In this document: positions 20,403-30,281 of the stretch, one piece after another
How positions within the stretch are numbered: the stretch's first letter is position 1
Layout of the letters: every line of letters starts with the position of its first letter
Assembly: GCA_965202785.1 (NCBI GenBank)
Contig: OZ241855.1
Span: forward strand, 869,088-933,087
Direction of reading: 5' to 3'
DNA: 64,000 nucleotides
Origin: Thermodesulfobacteriota bacterium
GTDB taxonomy: Bacteria > Desulfobacterota_D > UBA1144 > Nemesobacterales > Nemesobacteraceae
Translations under genes and position numbers: made by a program
The notes under the pieces: generated by a model
The model's database searches: none
Told to the model about the DNA's origin: nothing
What the model saw: the letters and a program-made list of their open reading frames with translations, nothing else

Positions 20403-21344
20403 TCAGCTTGTTGAGAACTCAAGCGAATGTGGAAAGGGGAATTTCGTGGATTCCTCCTTCAAGCTGAACTCTTCAAAGGTGGAGGCTCCCAAATCCTTTA
20501 GCTTTGCGAGCAGCTCTTCGATTATTACCTCGGGAGTTGACGCGCCGGAGCTTATGCCCACGGTCATGTCCCGCTCAAGCGTTTCCACGCCGCCGAGCCC
20601 TTCTGTATCCTCAATTAGGTAGGCTTTTTTTACGCCGCACGATTTTGCGACTTCAACCAGCCTGTTTGAGTTTGAACTCTCGGGCGATCCCACGATGAAA
20701 ATGACGTCTGAGATCTCGGCGAGTTTTTTTACGGCATCCTGGCGGTTCTGGGTGGCGTAGCAGATATCGAGCTTGGAAGGCTTTGCGATTTTCGGAAAAC
20801 GCCTTTCAAGCGCCGCCACTATTTCCTTAGTGTCGTCGACGCTGAGGGTAGTCTGCGTCACGTAGGCTACTTTTTCCGGGTCCGGGACGTTAACCGAGAA
20901 GGCCTCGCTTGCCGATTCCACAACCACGACACTGTCTGGCGCCTCGCCCTTCGTTCCTATGACTTCTACGTGGTCCCTGTGGCCTACGAGTATTATCGTG
21001 TACCCCATTTCGGAGTAGTGCCTTACTTCGTTGTGGACCTTGGTCACGAGCGGACAGACGGCATCCACTATCTGGAAGCCTCGTTTTCTGGCTTCATCGA
21101 TAACCGCGGGGCTTACGCCGTGGGCACTGAAGATGACTCGCGCCTCAGGATCGTTGATTTCGTCGAGTTCCTCTACGAAAACGGCGCCTTTTTGCCTTAG
21201 AGAATCCACTACCCTTTTATTGTGCACTATGGCGTGGCGGACGTAGATAGGGGGACCGTACATCTCAAGGGCCATTTCGACTATTTCGATCGCCCTTTCG
21301 ACTCCGGCGCAGAATCCTCTGGGTTTAGCGACTACGACTCGCAT
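20403..21344 (-). CDS. ispH: 4-hydroxy-3-methylbut-2-enyl diphosphate reductase
   Basis: MRVVVAKPRGFCAGVERAI start with conserved Cys residues (FCAGV, VCPLV). Length about 313 aa from the internal Met. Confidence 0.9.
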   Translation of the reverse strand: MRVVVAKPRGFCAGVERAIEIVEMALEMYGPPIYVRHAIVHNKRVVDSLRQKGAVFVEELDEINDPEARVIFSAHGVSPAVIDEARKRGFQIVDAVCPLVTKVHNEVRHYSEMGYTIILVGHRDHVEVIGTKGEAPDSVVVVESASEAFSVNVPDPEKVAYVTQTTLSVDDTKEIVAALERRFPKIAKPSKLDICYATQNRQDAVKKLAEISDVIFIVGSPESSNSNRLVEVAKSCGVKKAYLIEDTEGLGGVETLERDMTVGISSGASTPEVIIEELLAKLKDLGASTFEEFSLKEESTKFPFPHSLEFSTS

Positions 21345-21525
21345 GTCACCGTAGATGATAACGCCGTGACAACGCAGGTCAAGCAAAATGGCTTTCCGGC
21401 TAACACGGGAGAGATCGGGCTGTAACCACAAGCACGGTGCGCGTTTGCCGGGTATGCTTTATCCCGTTTATTCTCGCCGGAGCGATACAACGGCACACAA
21501 CACAACACAAAGGAATTTTCAAGCT

Positions 21526-22266
21526 ATGACCGCCGAGAACAATGGAGAGAACACCCCGCAGAGCTGCGAGAGGCTGATAATAGCCCTTGACTTTGACTCA
21601 AGGGAAGAAGCCCTTGTTCTGGTGAAGCTTCTCGGCGAAAGGATCGGCATCTACAAGGTTGGCTACCAGCTTTTTATGCGTGAGGGCATGAGCTTCGTAA
21701 AGGAGCTTGTGAGACTTGGAAAGAAGATCTTCCTTGATCTTAAGATGGGAGACATAGACCGAACGATCACGGCCGCGCTTCGGGCGGTGCCGGAGGGAGT
21801 GGAATTCGTTACCATAAACGGCGGAAAGGCAACGGTGGCTGCTGCAAAGGAAGGCCGCGGCGAAAGAGACCGACCTCTTATTCTCTCCCTTACTTTTCTT
21901 TCAAGCCTTAACCAGGATGATCTTAGGGCGCTTATGATGAACGAAGATCTCGAACTCGATGAATACGTGCGGGTCTTTACGCGAAGGTCGATTGAAGCCG
22001 GCTGTGATGGAGTCGTGGCTTCGGGAGAGTCGATACGTGAAATCAGGCGGGAATTCGGAAGCCGCCTCGTGATAGTCGCTCCCGGAATACGCCCCGAGGG
22101 GGAAAGCCGAAACGATCACAAAAGAGCGCTCACCCCAAAGATGGCTATTGATTACGGAGCCGATTATCTGGTCGTAGGACGCCCGGTTACCGAGGCAAAT
22201 AACAGCCTCGGGATTGCGGATGCCATAATCAGGGAAGCCAATATGGCTTTTGCCAGTAGGGGCTGA
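21526..22266 (+). CDS. pyrF: Orotidine 5'-phosphate decarboxylase
   Basis: LIIALDF...IYKVGYQLF...DLKMGDIDRT motifs matching OMP decarboxylase (DxKxxD). Confidence 0.85.
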   Translation: MTAENNGENTPQSCERLIIALDFDSREEALVLVKLLGERIGIYKVGYQLFMREGMSFVKELVRLGKKIFLDLKMGDIDRTITAALRAVPEGVEFVTINGGKATVAAAKEGRGERDRPLILSLTFLSSLNQDDLRALMMNEDLELDEYVRVFTRRSIEAGCDGVVASGESIREIRREFGSRLVIVAPGIRPEGESRNDHKRALTPKMAIDYGADYLVVGRPVTEANNSLGIADAIIREANMAFASRG

Positions 22267-23036
22267 TGGCTGAAACTATGTTTCAGCGCCTGCGCCGTTA
22301 TTACAAAGACAACGGGATTCTTTCCACCTCGTTTACCTGTCCGCACAAGAAGCAGTGCAGTGCCGGTTCTCAGAAGTTTACCGGTCCGAAGTCGGCATTT
22401 GTAAGCACAGGCTATGAGAATAAAAGTTCTGATTTACCCCGACTGCTTTTTTTGTCACTTGATTCCGGCGATGGGGATAAGGACGATAGGAAAAGGCTGC
22501 CGGAAGCCCTGCGGCAGCAGGAAGAAATAGAAAGAGACGTGCTGGCACTGCCACAGCACAAGCACTGGTACAGGACGCATGAACTTGCTTGGTATATATT
22601 CAGGCAGTTTGATCCTAATATCAGAATTGAAGATGCGAAAGGATATTTTGCACACGCAAATTCCGCCAAGTGTTGCATGAATAAACCGGGAAGGAAACAA
22701 GCCGACAAGGTTTTGTTCAGAAACTGCCGGAAGTATCTGAAGGGTGAACTGGAAATACTTTGTCCCGACGTCATCGTTACGCAGGGTGCCGAGGCTAAAA
22801 AAGCCGTTGCGTCGTTTTACAAACCGCTTAAGTGCATCAATGAGTACGCGTCAATTATAAGTATAAATTCCCGAAAGGTCTTCTGGCTCCACACTCATCA
22901 TCCAAGCGGCTGGGGTGCGTTTAACAGGCAGCGCGACTATAGTAAGATCCGAAACCTTGCTTTGGGGTGGGATAAATACTCTTGTATGATCCACGAGTTT
23001 ATAAAATCGAGTGAGAAAGAAGAATCCCGAATTTGA
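22266..23036 (+). CDS. Uracil-DNA glycosylase family-4-like protein with a divergent motif A
   Basis: An N-terminal CPHKKQC is present. LLFLSLDSGDGD occupies the position of the GEAPG motif. ANSAKCCMNKPGRKQADKVLFRNCRKYLKGELEILCPDVIVTQGAEA matches NVVKCRPPGNR...C.pYL..ELE...P.VIVaLG. The C-terminal HTHHPSGWG resembles motif B (HPS). Its start overlaps the pyrF stop (ATGA). Confidence 0.5.
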   Translation: MAETMFQRLRRYYKDNGILSTSFTCPHKKQCSAGSQKFTGPKSAFVSTGYENKSSDLPRLLFLSLDSGDGDKDDRKRLPEALRQQEEIERDVLALPQHKHWYRTHELAWYIFRQFDPNIRIEDAKGYFAHANSAKCCMNKPGRKQADKVLFRNCRKYLKGELEILCPDVIVTQGAEAKKAVASFYKPLKCINEYASIISINSRKVFWLHTHHPSGWGAFNRQRDYSKIRNLALGWDKYSCMIHEFIKSSEKEESRI

Positions 23037-23066
23037 TTCCGGAAGCTACGGTACTTGCAATACAGC

Positions 23067-23825
23067 TCACGCAATGATTTCCATAAGGTCTTCTGCGGTT
23101 ATTATCTCCGTTTCTTCGTTTCCCGAAAGCGTTTTTATTTCCTCTGGAAGATCTTTCCCGTCCATTGAAGGGTAAAGATGCGAGAGGACAATTTTTTTTG
23201 GATTGTTTTCCCGAAGAATTTCCGCTATGTCTGAAGGAGTCATATGAACGGCCATTTTCTCTGAGTCCGGAAGAGCGCATTCCGTAACGAATATGTCCGC
23301 ATCCGAGGCCACCTTGCGAAGCCCGGGAAAATAACCCGTGTCTCCCGTGTAAACGATTTTCTTCCCCAGAGCACTTATTACGTATCCGATACTGTTTTCA
23401 GTGTGAACGGTTTTGAATGTCTTTATTTCAAGGCCGCCGATTTTCTGTTTCTTTTTTCCTATCTCATGGATTTTCACGAGCTCGGGTCTTACCCACTCCC
23501 TGTAGGGAACCCGCAGCTTTTCGACAAATTCCGAGAATCCATCCGGCCCCCATATTCCAAGCGTCTTTTCTCTTTTTTTCCCGTATGGATGTCTCGTGGC
23601 GAAAAGAAGTGGGATCAGGTCTGATGTGTGATCGGGGTGAAAATGGGTTATGAAAACATTGTCGATTCCGAGGTAGTCGACCCCAATTTTTTCGAGTTTC
23701 CATACCGTGCCGTTTCCGCAATCAAAGAGGGACGCGCCGGTATCGGTGCTCAGGAGATATCCGGAGGAACCTCTTTTTTCGTGGGGAACGCATGTTCCCG
23801 AACCCAAGACCGTAAGTTTCACCAT
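23067..23825 (-). CDS. MBL-fold metallo-hydrolase
   Basis: HFHPDH metal-binding motif plus downstream His/Asp residues; 252 aa. Confidence 0.8.
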   Translation of the reverse strand: MVKLTVLGSGTCVPHEKRGSSGYLLSTDTGASLFDCGNGTVWKLEKIGVDYLGIDNVFITHFHPDHTSDLIPLLFATRHPYGKKREKTLGIWGPDGFSEFVEKLRVPYREWVRPELVKIHEIGKKKQKIGGLEIKTFKTVHTENSIGYVISALGKKIVYTGDTGYFPGLRKVASDADIFVTECALPDSEKMAVHMTPSDIAEILRENNPKKIVLSHLYPSMDGKDLPEEIKTLSGNEETEIITAEDLMEIIA

Positions 23826-23880
23826 CTGACTTGATATAATCCTGTCTCCGTTCCATAATCTTACTCGCGGAGCCGTTCAG

Positions 23881-24663
23881 ATGGGAAACATTATAACACT
23901 GACAACCGATTTCGGGTTAAAGGATCATTATGTGGGAGCGATGAAAGGGGTGATGCTTTCCGTAAACGAAAAAGTCCACCCGGTCGATATAACCCACTGC
24001 ATCGAGTCTCATGACGTTCGCGCCGCGTCTTTTGTTATAGGCAATTCGTACCGGTATTTTCCGAAAAAAACCGTGCATCTGGTCGTGGTAGACCCAGGAG
24101 TCGGGAGCAGACGAAAGCCTCTAGCGCTCTTTGCTGACGGTCATTTTTTCGTGGGACCTGATAACGGCGTTTTCAGTTCGGTCATTCGTTCCTGTGAAGA
24201 TTTCCGTGCCCGCGAGATAAAAAACCTTGATTATTGTCTAAAAGAGATAAGCTCGACTTTTCACGGAAGGGACATATTCGCCCCGGTAGCGGCGCATCTC
24301 TCGCTCGGGGTTCCGTTCTCGGAAATCGGACCCCAGATCCAGGATCCCGAAACTCTTCCCCGCGACGGGTACTCGGTAACCGGAAATGAGATTCGCGGAA
24401 CGGTAGTTTACACCGACAAATTCGGGAACCTTGTGACCAGCATACCGACTGAGGCCGTTGGCAACGGGGCCGGAGCCTTGGTGACCGTCGGAGGGAAACG
24501 GATCGCCGGAATTTCAGAGTCCTATTCTTCGGCGGAGCTTGGGGAGATTCTCGCCGTTGGAGGAAGCAGCGGATATATCGAGATATCGGTTAACCAAGGC
24601 CGGGCGTGTGATGTCTTCGGCGAAGAACCGCCGGAAGTCATTATCGTTGAGGAGAAGAACTGA
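23881..24663 (+). CDS. SAM hydroxide adenosyltransferase family protein (DUF62; fluorinase/chlorinase superfamily)
   Basis: N-terminus ITLTTDFG...YVGAMKGV, then VVDPGVGS and FHGRDIFAP, match the DUF62 signature. Confidence 0.7.
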   Translation: MGNIITLTTDFGLKDHYVGAMKGVMLSVNEKVHPVDITHCIESHDVRAASFVIGNSYRYFPKKTVHLVVVDPGVGSRRKPLALFADGHFFVGPDNGVFSSVIRSCEDFRAREIKNLDYCLKEISSTFHGRDIFAPVAAHLSLGVPFSEIGPQIQDPETLPRDGYSVTGNEIRGTVVYTDKFGNLVTSIPTEAVGNGAGALVTVGGKRIAGISESYSSAELGEILAVGGSSGYIEISVNQGRACDVFGEEPPEVIIVEEKN

Positions 24664-24671
24664 GAGGAATT

Positions 24672-25628
24672 ATGAAACCTCCCGAGGAAAAGAACGTAAC
24701 GGAAATACCCCTGGAATTCGCGGGACAAAGAGCGGATGTGTTTCTCTCGGGTTTCCTGACGGAGCTTAGCCGCTCGAGCATCAAAAAGCATATAGAGCGG
24801 GGAAACATACTTATTGACCGCAAAACGTTTAAGCCTTCTAAGATCATAAGCGGCGGAGAGAGCCTGAGCGTCAACATTCCGCCTCCCGAGCCCTGTGGCG
24901 TCGAGGGAGAGGAAATCGATATTGAGGTTCTCCATGAGGACCGCGACATGATCGTGGTCAACAAACCCGCCGGCATGGTGGTTCATCCCGGGGCGGGAGT
25001 GACGGGCGGTACGCTTGTGAACGCCCTTGTCCATATGTGCGAGGATCTTTCGGGAATAGGAGGCGAAATGCGCCCGGGGATAGTGCACCGCCTTGACAAA
25101 GAGACTTCGGGGATCATGGTCGTTGCGAAAAACGACCGCGCGCACAAGAGTCTTTCCGAGCAGTTCAAAAGGAGGGAAACGGAAAAAGGATACGTAGCCG
25201 TTGTTTCGGGGGAGATGAAGAAAAGTTCGGGAGTTTTCAGTTCCCCGATAGGAAGAAGTCCCTCGAACAGGATAAAAATGAGCTCTTCTTCCAAGGCCAC
25301 AAGAGATGCAGAGACCCGCTGGGAAGTGGTCGAGAGGCTGCGCGGAGCGACGCTTGTGAGCGTTTGGCCAAAGACCGGAAGAACCCACCAGATAAGAGTC
25401 CATTTTTCCGAGAACGGGTTTCCCGTATTTGCCGATAAGGTTTACGGGGGCAAAAAAAGCCGTCCGCGAAACTCCGGGACCGCAGGGAGCTTAATAAAAA
25501 GACATGCCCTTCACGCAAAAAGCCTCGGATTCACGCACCCGGCCACGAGAAGGCGGATTGAGTTCTCAGCTGAAATTCCCAAAGATATGATTTCCGTGAT
25601 CGATTTTTTGAGGAGACAGGGCGGATGA
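24672..25628 (+). CDS. rluD: 23S rRNA pseudouridine synthase, RluA family, RluD-like
   Basis: S4-like N-terminus, catalytic HRLDKETSGIMVVAKN with the conserved Asp, and VVNKPAGMVVHP. Confidence 0.85.
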   Translation: MKPPEEKNVTEIPLEFAGQRADVFLSGFLTELSRSSIKKHIERGNILIDRKTFKPSKIISGGESLSVNIPPPEPCGVEGEEIDIEVLHEDRDMIVVNKPAGMVVHPGAGVTGGTLVNALVHMCEDLSGIGGEMRPGIVHRLDKETSGIMVVAKNDRAHKSLSEQFKRRETEKGYVAVVSGEMKKSSGVFSSPIGRSPSNRIKMSSSSKATRDAETRWEVVERLRGATLVSVWPKTGRTHQIRVHFSENGFPVFADKVYGGKKSRPRNSGTAGSLIKRHALHAKSLGFTHPATRRRIEFSAEIPKDMISVIDFLRRQGG

Positions 25629-26299
25629 GGGTTTTTCGTTCTTCTATGCTTGAAAAGTATAACGGCGTGATTCACGGTTTCGTGCATGATCCTGGAGGAC
25701 CAGATATTTCGAAGATTGCTTCTGCTTACGGGCTTGAAAACATCCTTACGGTCAATCAGGTTCACGGGAACTCCGTTTTTTTCGCCGACCGTGATGCGGG
25801 TGAGAAACTTGTTGAAGCTGACTCTATCGTTACGCGCCAGAAGGGCGTCGGGGTTGGGATTCTCACGGCTGACTGTCTTCCGATTCTTCTTTGCTTTCCC
25901 GATTCAGGATGCGTCTGCGCCGTCCACGCGGGGTGGCGCGGAACCTTCTCGCACGTGGTTAAAAACTGTCTTGCCGCCGTTTGTGAAAAGTATTCTTTGA
26001 GACCGCAGGACTCTTTGGCCGTGATAGGGCCGGCCATAAGAAAATGCTGCTACGAGGTTCGGGACGACGTGGCGTCGCGGTTTGTCTCAAGGTTCGGTGG
26101 CGGGGACTGGCTTTTTGAAAAAGGGGACGGGAAATTCCTTCTAGATCTTGCGGAACTTAACAGAATCGAGCTTCGCGACGCGGGAGTTTCAGAAATCGAG
26201 ACGATGGACATGTGCACCTGCTGTCAGGATCTACCTTCATACAGAAGAGATGGTTCCGGTACGGACAAGATGATCAGCTTTATCGGGATTTCTCCTTAG
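25625..26299 (+). CDS. pgeF: Peptidoglycan editing factor PgeF (YfiH/LACC1 family; laccase-domain protein)
   Basis: Conserved LTADCLPIL...AVHAGWRG motifs and a C-terminal Cys cluster (CTCC). Its start overlaps the rluD stop, in the classic rluD-yfiH arrangement. Confidence 0.8.
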   Translation: MRVFRSSMLEKYNGVIHGFVHDPGGPDISKIASAYGLENILTVNQVHGNSVFFADRDAGEKLVEADSIVTRQKGVGVGILTADCLPILLCFPDSGCVCAVHAGWRGTFSHVVKNCLAAVCEKYSLRPQDSLAVIGPAIRKCCYEVRDDVASRFVSRFGGGDWLFEKGDGKFLLDLAELNRIELRDAGVSEIETMDMCTCCQDLPSYRRDGSGTDKMISFIGISP

Positions 26300-26388
26300 T
26301 AGAGTCTTTTTCCCTCTTTCAGCGTTAGTTCGGTATCTTCCGAAAACCCTGCACGCCAAGACGGAACACAGTACTTCGGGGGATTAGG

Positions 26389-26859
26389 TTAGCTTTGGTT
26401 CTTCATCTCCTGATACAGAGTTTCTGCGCGGAGTTTTAATCCCACGCCTACATCGCTAAAACCGCGGCGCATATAACCGCCGAAGAACAGCGAGACGATT
26501 GATGAAAATACACCGCTCAACAGGTCGACATTATGGTAGCTGCAACTGGTATCACTTATAGGTTCCAGATGCTGCTCTCGCACTACAAATAAAAACCAGG
26601 AAGCTCCGAATTTCCTGCTCCAAGCAACAAGGCGTGGTTTTTCAAATGCGCATACAGTTTCGGTTATTCTGAATTTTGTAGGCCCCATTCTTACCAACAG
26701 ATGAGCGGGCGATCCAATTTTAAAATCGGTTCTGGCTTGAGATGTGAACGGATTCCACTCACCGTATTTTTCAACGTCAGTCAGGACCTCCCAAACGAAA
26801 TCAATGGGTGTGTTGATCTGAATGCGGTCGGTACGTACGGTAGAATTATTCATGCCCAT
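26389..26859 (-). CDS. SRPBCC (polyketide cyclase/START-like) family protein
   Basis: N-terminal IDFVWEVLTDVEKYGEWNP is typical of SRPBCC/Bet v1-like ligand-binding proteins. Confidence 0.6.
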   Translation of the reverse strand: MGMNNSTVRTDRIQINTPIDFVWEVLTDVEKYGEWNPFTSQARTDFKIGSPAHLLVRMGPTKFRITETVCAFEKPRLVAWSRKFGASWFLFVVREQHLEPISDTSCSYHNVDLLSGVFSSIVSLFFGGYMRRGFSDVGVGLKLRAETLYQEMKNQS

Positions 26860-27850
26860 CTCTGCTGGCCTTAACTAGAGTCTTAACCCATGCATCTGAT
26901 TTGTCCCAAAGAAGTTTCGATACATCCTGGTCTTTTGTCTCGCCGGATGATTCCGCTGTTTCGCAGCGCACGTAATAACTTCCACCTTGAAGGGGATGCT
27001 TGCTGGCACACATCACGGAAGTTTGCGCGCCCGATACTGGGCTTAGCAGGACAACAGATGCGAGTGCGGAACAGGTTCGGTTTAGAAGATACCCGATTTT
27101 TCCTTTGAACTCTTTAATCTGCGTAAGATTAGTCATAACAGACCCTGGGTGCACCGCTGCCGATTGGAGGTTGTATTCTTTGGCAAACCGTCTCTGGATC
27201 TCGAAAGTAAAATGAATTAGTGCTAATTTTGACAGCCCGTAAGCGTTCCAGGAGTGGTAGTCTCCGTCATCGTTAAACATGCTCTTGTTTTTCACTCTGT
27301 CGTGCAAGTGGGAAGTCACGTTGACGACTCGCGCATCTCCGCTTTCCAAACCATTTTGCTTAAGAATTGGAAGCAATGAACTCGTCAGATGAAAAGTCCC
27401 AAGGAAATTGGTTCGCCAATGAATTTCGAAACCGTCTTTTGTCAGGGGCGGCTTTTTTCTTGGGTTAAGAATATTCTTGTGAATCCCCGCGTTATTGACA
27501 AGTACGTGCAGTCGGTCGTTGTAATTTTTTCGGTACCACGTAGTGAAATTATTAACACTGTCAACATCGCACAGGTCTAACGCATGGGCTGTAATCTTCT
27601 TCTCGGCAGCGCCAATGATTCGCAGGTCTCTCCTCAAAGAGCTTTCCATCAGTTCAATATCGTCAGTACTGGTGACAACGACCGTAGCTCCCCAGCTTGC
27701 GAGGACTTTAGCCGTTTCGTAACCAATTGAATTAGGAGAAGCACCTGTAACGATGACGTTCCTACTCGACATGTCAACTTCTTTCGCCATCGGCTTACTC
27801 ATGAACAGCTGCAGGATATGAGTTATGGATTTTGAGAACGTTTTAGGCAT
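26846..27850 (-). CDS. SDR family oxidoreductase (retinol dehydrogenase/WWOX-like)
   Basis: VIVTGASPNSIGYETAK dinucleotide motif, NNAG, Y...K (YGLSKLA). The start may be the internal Met at about 27802. Confidence 0.75.
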   Translation of the reverse strand: MPKTFSKSITHILQLFMSKPMAKEVDMSSRNVIVTGASPNSIGYETAKVLASWGATVVVTSTDDIELMESSLRRDLRIIGAAEKKITAHALDLCDVDSVNNFTTWYRKNYNDRLHVLVNNAGIHKNILNPRKKPPLTKDGFEIHWRTNFLGTFHLTSSLLPILKQNGLESGDARVVNVTSHLHDRVKNKSMFNDDGDYHSWNAYGLSKLALIHFTFEIQRRFAKEYNLQSAAVHPGSVMTNLTQIKEFKGKIGYLLNRTCSALASVVLLSPVSGAQTSVMCASKHPLQGGSYYVRCETAESSGETKDQDVSKLLWDKSDAWVKTLVKASRDGHE

Positions 27851-27955
27851 TCTGGAACGACGTTATGTGTAAGGTATGGTCTTCGTACGACTCTTTATAT
27901 AACACAAATGCGCATCTGATACTTGCATGGCAGACTGCTATCCCAGTTACAGGAT

Positions 27956-28957
27956 TCACTCCTGGGAATTGGCGACTAATGGCTCACTTGCTTCCCACAG
28001 CTTGGTTCCGTTTTCCTCATCCAGTGCCGTAGGAGACACGGACTTTCGCTGCATTAAATGTAGGTAGATGCCTGTGTCGGTGCCAGCATCTTCTGCACAG
28101 CACAAGTAGATTACCGGTCCAATAGCTTCTTCTGGAGATTGAAAAAAATGCCTCAGCAATGGGTTAACTATGGGCTTCAAAATCGACGGTGTTCCTCGTG
28201 AAAGGTTCGTAGCAACGCCTCCGGGACACATCGAGTGAACTGCAACTTCAGTTTTGCCGCCTGTGTTCAGACGGCGTGAGAGTTCAGTCGCGAACATACA
28301 CAAAATAAGCTTGCTGATGCCGTAATACTTGAAGCCATCCCACAATCCATAGTCGGCAATTTCCCCGAAGTGGTCAAAATCGATAGTATGAGATGACCGA
28401 TGAGCCTCAGATGAAACGAAGATAATTCGCGGTGTCTTTCCAGCTTGGCTGGATGGACAAATCACGCTGTCTTTCAGCCACCGGTCAATCATGATGCGGT
28501 TCGACAGGAAATGAACCGCGAACATTGCTTCGTATCCTTGCGGTGTTTTAGTTGCTTTTTTGGGCATCAGGCCTGCGTTGAAAACCGCAATGTCAATTTT
28601 GATGTCGCGGTTGCTCAGACTATCGCAAAGATGGTGTACCGACCGAAGATCTGATAGGTCTACTTCCATCATTTCCACACTCTCGGAACCAGACAGTGTC
28701 TTTATTTCGTCGCATGTCTTCGTATGACCGGGTCGGCAGGCTAAGATCATGTTTGCGCCTCGCCTCGCAAGCTCAACGGCAGCGGCTTTACCCAGCCCGC
28801 TGTTCGCTCCGGTTATCAGGCAAGTTTTGCCATCTATACGTACGTGCTTTGGAACAGGATTTACTTCCGATACCTTGGGTTGCTTCAAATCTCGAATTGC
28901 GATGGTTATAGCGTCTATGAAAGAACCATCACCCATTTGGTTTGTTTTTCGCTTCAT
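27956..28957 (-). CDS. SDR family oxidoreductase
   Basis: CLITGANSGLGKAAA motif, NAGLM, YGISKL catalytic YxxxK. Confidence 0.8.
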   Translation of the reverse strand: MKRKTNQMGDGSFIDAITIAIRDLKQPKVSEVNPVPKHVRIDGKTCLITGANSGLGKAAAVELARRGANMILACRPGHTKTCDEIKTLSGSESVEMMEVDLSDLRSVHHLCDSLSNRDIKIDIAVFNAGLMPKKATKTPQGYEAMFAVHFLSNRIMIDRWLKDSVICPSSQAGKTPRIIFVSSEAHRSSHTIDFDHFGEIADYGLWDGFKYYGISKLILCMFATELSRRLNTGGKTEVAVHSMCPGGVATNLSRGTPSILKPIVNPLLRHFFQSPEEAIGPVIYLCCAEDAGTDTGIYLHLMQRKSVSPTALDEENGTKLWEASEPLVANSQE

Positions 28958-29014
28958 GATGAGTTTCTCCGCATTGTTTTTTCAGTTCTTTGTAGTTGCC
29001 TGAATTTGCATGGA

Positions 29015-30271
29015 CTATTCGAAAGGAATTTCATGTTTCTCCCGATAAAAGGAGAAATAATCTTCAATAATTTCCTCGCTCAATCCGAAATCACTTAAAT
29101 GGTAGACGTGCCTACCAAAGCGATTCTGCGGATTTATTTTCATAAAGGTCTCGGCTTGCTGCACCGCTTCGGCATCAAAATCAATCCCCGCCTTCAGATA
29201 AATCCGGTGAAGCTCAGCAATCGGATCCTTCATCAAGTCGTAGTACGAAACGTCGACAAACCGATCGGGATCTGCTTTATCTCGAGATTGGATGGTTAAC
29301 TCGACCATCCTGCGAGCCTTTCTGGACCAGTGCCTGGCGATTTCCTTTGGGTCCACATGATCGCTGAATATGCCTCGGTTGTGAGCAACCATGCTGCAGA
29401 AAGAAGGCATGGTTTTTCGAGGGTCGCGGTGGGTCTGGACGACTATCGCAGAGGGGAAAACTTTAAGAAACACGTCCAGATATTCCATGTGATGCGGTGT
29501 TTTGAGCACCCAGTTACTGCTGGGGCGTTGCCAGCACAGAATCTTCAGCACCTTATGGAAATATTCGTAGGTCTGCGTGTGGTCCTGTTTCTCGAGCCAC
29601 CGGGAGTAACCCGGCACATGCATTGTGGCTTCCGGCGCCTGGCTCATAAAGTTAAGATCAAGAAGCATTACGTCTTCTTCCGGCTCATTATGGTCAATGG
29701 GGTGAACCGCCATGAACTGCGGTGACAAATACGAAATCAGTCGTTGTGCGAGAGCTGCCTGCACATTTCGAGTGATCGTTCCTCTGGCCTTGTTGCCTGG
29801 CGGTAACGGGTTGAGTGCTTCCACACCTGACACGCCTCGAATATTCGGATGAGAATTCAGCAGCCTATGCAATATTGTAGTTCCACTTCGCTGCAATCCT
29901 GTGATCAAGACAATCTTCCCCAAATCGATGTCATGTATTTCAGGGTGTTGTTTTAGCAGCTCCTCGATTCGCAAGCGATGAACTAATGCGCTTGCAAGTC
30001 GAAATTTTTGTATCAACCTGCCGGTTGGGGTTAGCTCGGCTTCTTCATTAATCGAATTTACGAGAACTTTCAATGCTTCAAAATGACCGTCGTCACCGAA
30101 ATCCTCAGCCCGGGTTTTTCGAATCGCGCTGGCGGTGAGCTTTTCAATATTCAAAGAACTCGACAATCCAAGGTTTTCACTTAGCTTCCCTACGGAATTG
30201 AAAATCTTAACGGGGAGAGGACGGTAGGGATTCTCATAGTCTGTAGAAGTCGCTAGATTCTTTTTAGCCAT
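29015..30271 (-). CDS. Sulfotransferase family protein (PAPS-dependent)
   Basis: The 5'-PSB P-loop-like motif LITGLQRSGTTILHRLL and a downstream 3'-PB-like region; 418 aa. Confidence 0.7.
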   Translation of the reverse strand: MAKKNLATSTDYENPYRPLPVKIFNSVGKLSENLGLSSSLNIEKLTASAIRKTRAEDFGDDGHFEALKVLVNSINEEAELTPTGRLIQKFRLASALVHRLRIEELLKQHPEIHDIDLGKIVLITGLQRSGTTILHRLLNSHPNIRGVSGVEALNPLPPGNKARGTITRNVQAALAQRLISYLSPQFMAVHPIDHNEPEEDVMLLDLNFMSQAPEATMHVPGYSRWLEKQDHTQTYEYFHKVLKILCWQRPSSNWVLKTPHHMEYLDVFLKVFPSAIVVQTHRDPRKTMPSFCSMVAHNRGIFSDHVDPKEIARHWSRKARRMVELTIQSRDKADPDRFVDVSYYDLMKDPIAELHRIYLKAGIDFDAEAVQQAETFMKINPQNRFGRHVYHLSDFGLSEEIIEDYFSFYREKHEIPFE

Positions 30272-30281
30272 CGCGATTTGC

